DNA from: Cyanidioschyzon merolae
Lineage: Eukaryota
Length of the DNA stretch: 64,000 bases
Direction: 5' to 3' (one strand)
NCBI GenBank assembly: GCA_000091205.1
Contig: AP006497.2
Shown here piece after piece: positions 62,526-64,000 of this stretch. The position numbers and the translations under genes were made by a program. Position 1 is the first letter of the stretch. Each line of letters starts with the position of its first letter. Under the pieces are notes generated by a model, which saw only the letters and a list, made by a program, of their open reading frames with translations, was not told where the DNA came from and searched no databases.

Positions 62526-64000
62526 GACATGTCGCTGATTTCTGCGCCAGCCAGATTCTGGTGCAATTCGTAGAAAGCATGCCTCATGAAGCGCTCTATT
62601 TTAACCCGCATTCGTTTCTGGTTCCCGTAGTTCGTTTGCTGCCTGTCGGTACCGGCACTGGCGCATGTTTCTTCGGTGGCCGACGTGGCAGCACCACGCG
62701 TCAAGTTATGCCAGCAAGCGTTTGTGCAAACCCCGCATCCTACACTGACGCAGCGATGCATGTACCGCGCAGCACTCCAGTTCCCGCATGAGGGTTTGAT
62801 CGAGAAATTTCAGAGGAAGATGGATAACTGGTAGCGCTGTGTCGGAAACTCCTCTGCACAGTTGCTCGGCGAGATGCATCATGAAAGAGAGACTGGACGT
62901 GGCTTGCCTGCGTAACGAGCTACATGATGTGGGGCGGTTTTCTATATTCCTTGTCATCGAAGTTGCTCCCGATTTGCGTGTTTTAGCATAGAAGCCTTGA
63001 GAATGTTTTGAGTTTGGTTTTTCGGCTCCGACGGTTTTTCCTTGCTGAGATTTCTCGTCATGTCTTCTGGAGGATCGTTCGCTTCTTTGTGTGGCTCGGT
63101 TCAACGCCTTTTCGTTTTCTCGGCAAAAGTCGTATGGACGTGGTCCCGGGAATCAAGCACCGTTTCTTTTATTCAGACGCAGACGCGTTCGGTGGCCGTG
63201 CACCTCAAACGCTTCTACGATCTGTACGTATCTTCTCCTTCGACCGCATATTTTCGTCATCCGTCTTCGTCGCGCGCACGCCGACGTCCCGCAGCACTGC
63301 TTTCCGCTCCGCACAGCGCACGAGAGCAGGCAAGCAACATACGAGTTCAGTGCTGCTGAATATAGAGAACGACCTGTCGAAGCACGGGGTCGTCTATTTG
63401 ATCGACTTTTCAATGGATCCATGATTGTGCATATGGTGTTTGCCGACAAAGAACACGCCCTCGACTGGACTGAATCAGGGAGGCTGAGCTAGCCCGTAGA
63501 GCAGCGCATCCCATGCTGCAGCTGCGTACACCTTGACCGCTTTTGAGTGATGGAAACCGACGCTTCTCAAAGCCGGACATAGCAATATGGGATCATGGAG
63601 CCACCGAGTGCTTCACTGAGGGATAATCTTTTGTGCGATCCTTCCGTTTGAGCAAATCACAGGCGACTACATGATTGCATTGCCGCCAGCGCTGATACAT
63701 CGTGAATTTCGCTTGCCGCTCCCGCGCGAAGAGCGGTTCGCTCTTCTTTGCGTACCAGTGAACAAGTCTACCATTGGTCGTGAGTGAGGTCTCATCGGCT
63801 GAGACGGACGTCTGTCCCTCTTGTGATAAGCGTTCGCGTTTCAGAGCGAACTCCGTGGTGTCTTGTTTATGGTGCGATAGTCTCCCGTAGAGGCCTGCAT
63901 ATTTTCTTTGACGTTTGCATCATTTCATCACTGTTCCGGTCAACGATAGGAAAACTTCATATCCTGTATCATCTTTGATCGTATTTCTTAGAGAATAGTA

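Noticed and set aside
1-64000. Prokaryotic interpretation (operons, phage or defence islands, Shine-Dalgarno sites).
   Set aside because: The gene content is eukaryote-specific (cohesin SCC3, MYSM1-like SANT+JAMM, DNAJC11-like, NOP12-type RRM protein, TRM11, FA2H with a fused cyt b5). Poly-amino-acid tracts, microsatellites, alternating strands with large 5' gaps, and eukaryotic-size proteins all point the same way.

Overview
This window is eukaryotic nuclear DNA, not prokaryotic. It is GC-rich (roughly 55%), gene-dense and almost intron-free, with long uninterrupted ORFs whose strands alternate (no operon-like blocks). Poly-Asp, poly-Gly and poly-Thr tracts and many di/tri-nucleotide microsatellites are present. 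I can support about 19 protein-coding genes. Twelve are assigned to well-known eukaryotic families from diagnostic motifs: PabA-PabB fused aminodeoxychorismate synthase, a plant-SUT/SLC45-like sucrose:H+ symporter, cohesin SCC3/STAG, an LCL3-like SNase endonuclease, tRNA m2G10 methyltransferase TRM11, a two-RRM NOP12/RBM34-like protein, a DNAJC11-like J-protein, protein adenylyltransferase SelO, an S41 C-terminal processing peptidase (CtpA-like), a class-3 aldehyde dehydrogenase, the cytochrome-b5-fused fatty-acid 2-hydroxylase FA2H/SCS7, and a MYSM1-like SANT+MPN/JAMM deubiquitinase. I found no rRNA, tRNA or CRISPR. The most unusual gene is an 1110-codon ORF that fuses a complete acetolactate-synthase-like thiamine-diphosphate enzyme to a canonical EF-hand and an uncharacterised C-terminal region of about 350 aa. 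The intergenic DNA is structured. Five unrelated tandem minisatellite arrays (77-130 bp units) are present, four of them immediately 5' of plus-strand genes and one (array E) in the gene-poor 3'-terminal region. Two dispersed repeat families (about 300 and 350 bp) and a pair of paralogous small conserved ORFs sit inside otherwise ORF-poor islands. The ORF track uses alternative start codons (GTG/TTG), so several true starts are probably downstream ATGs; I give these where I could check them.
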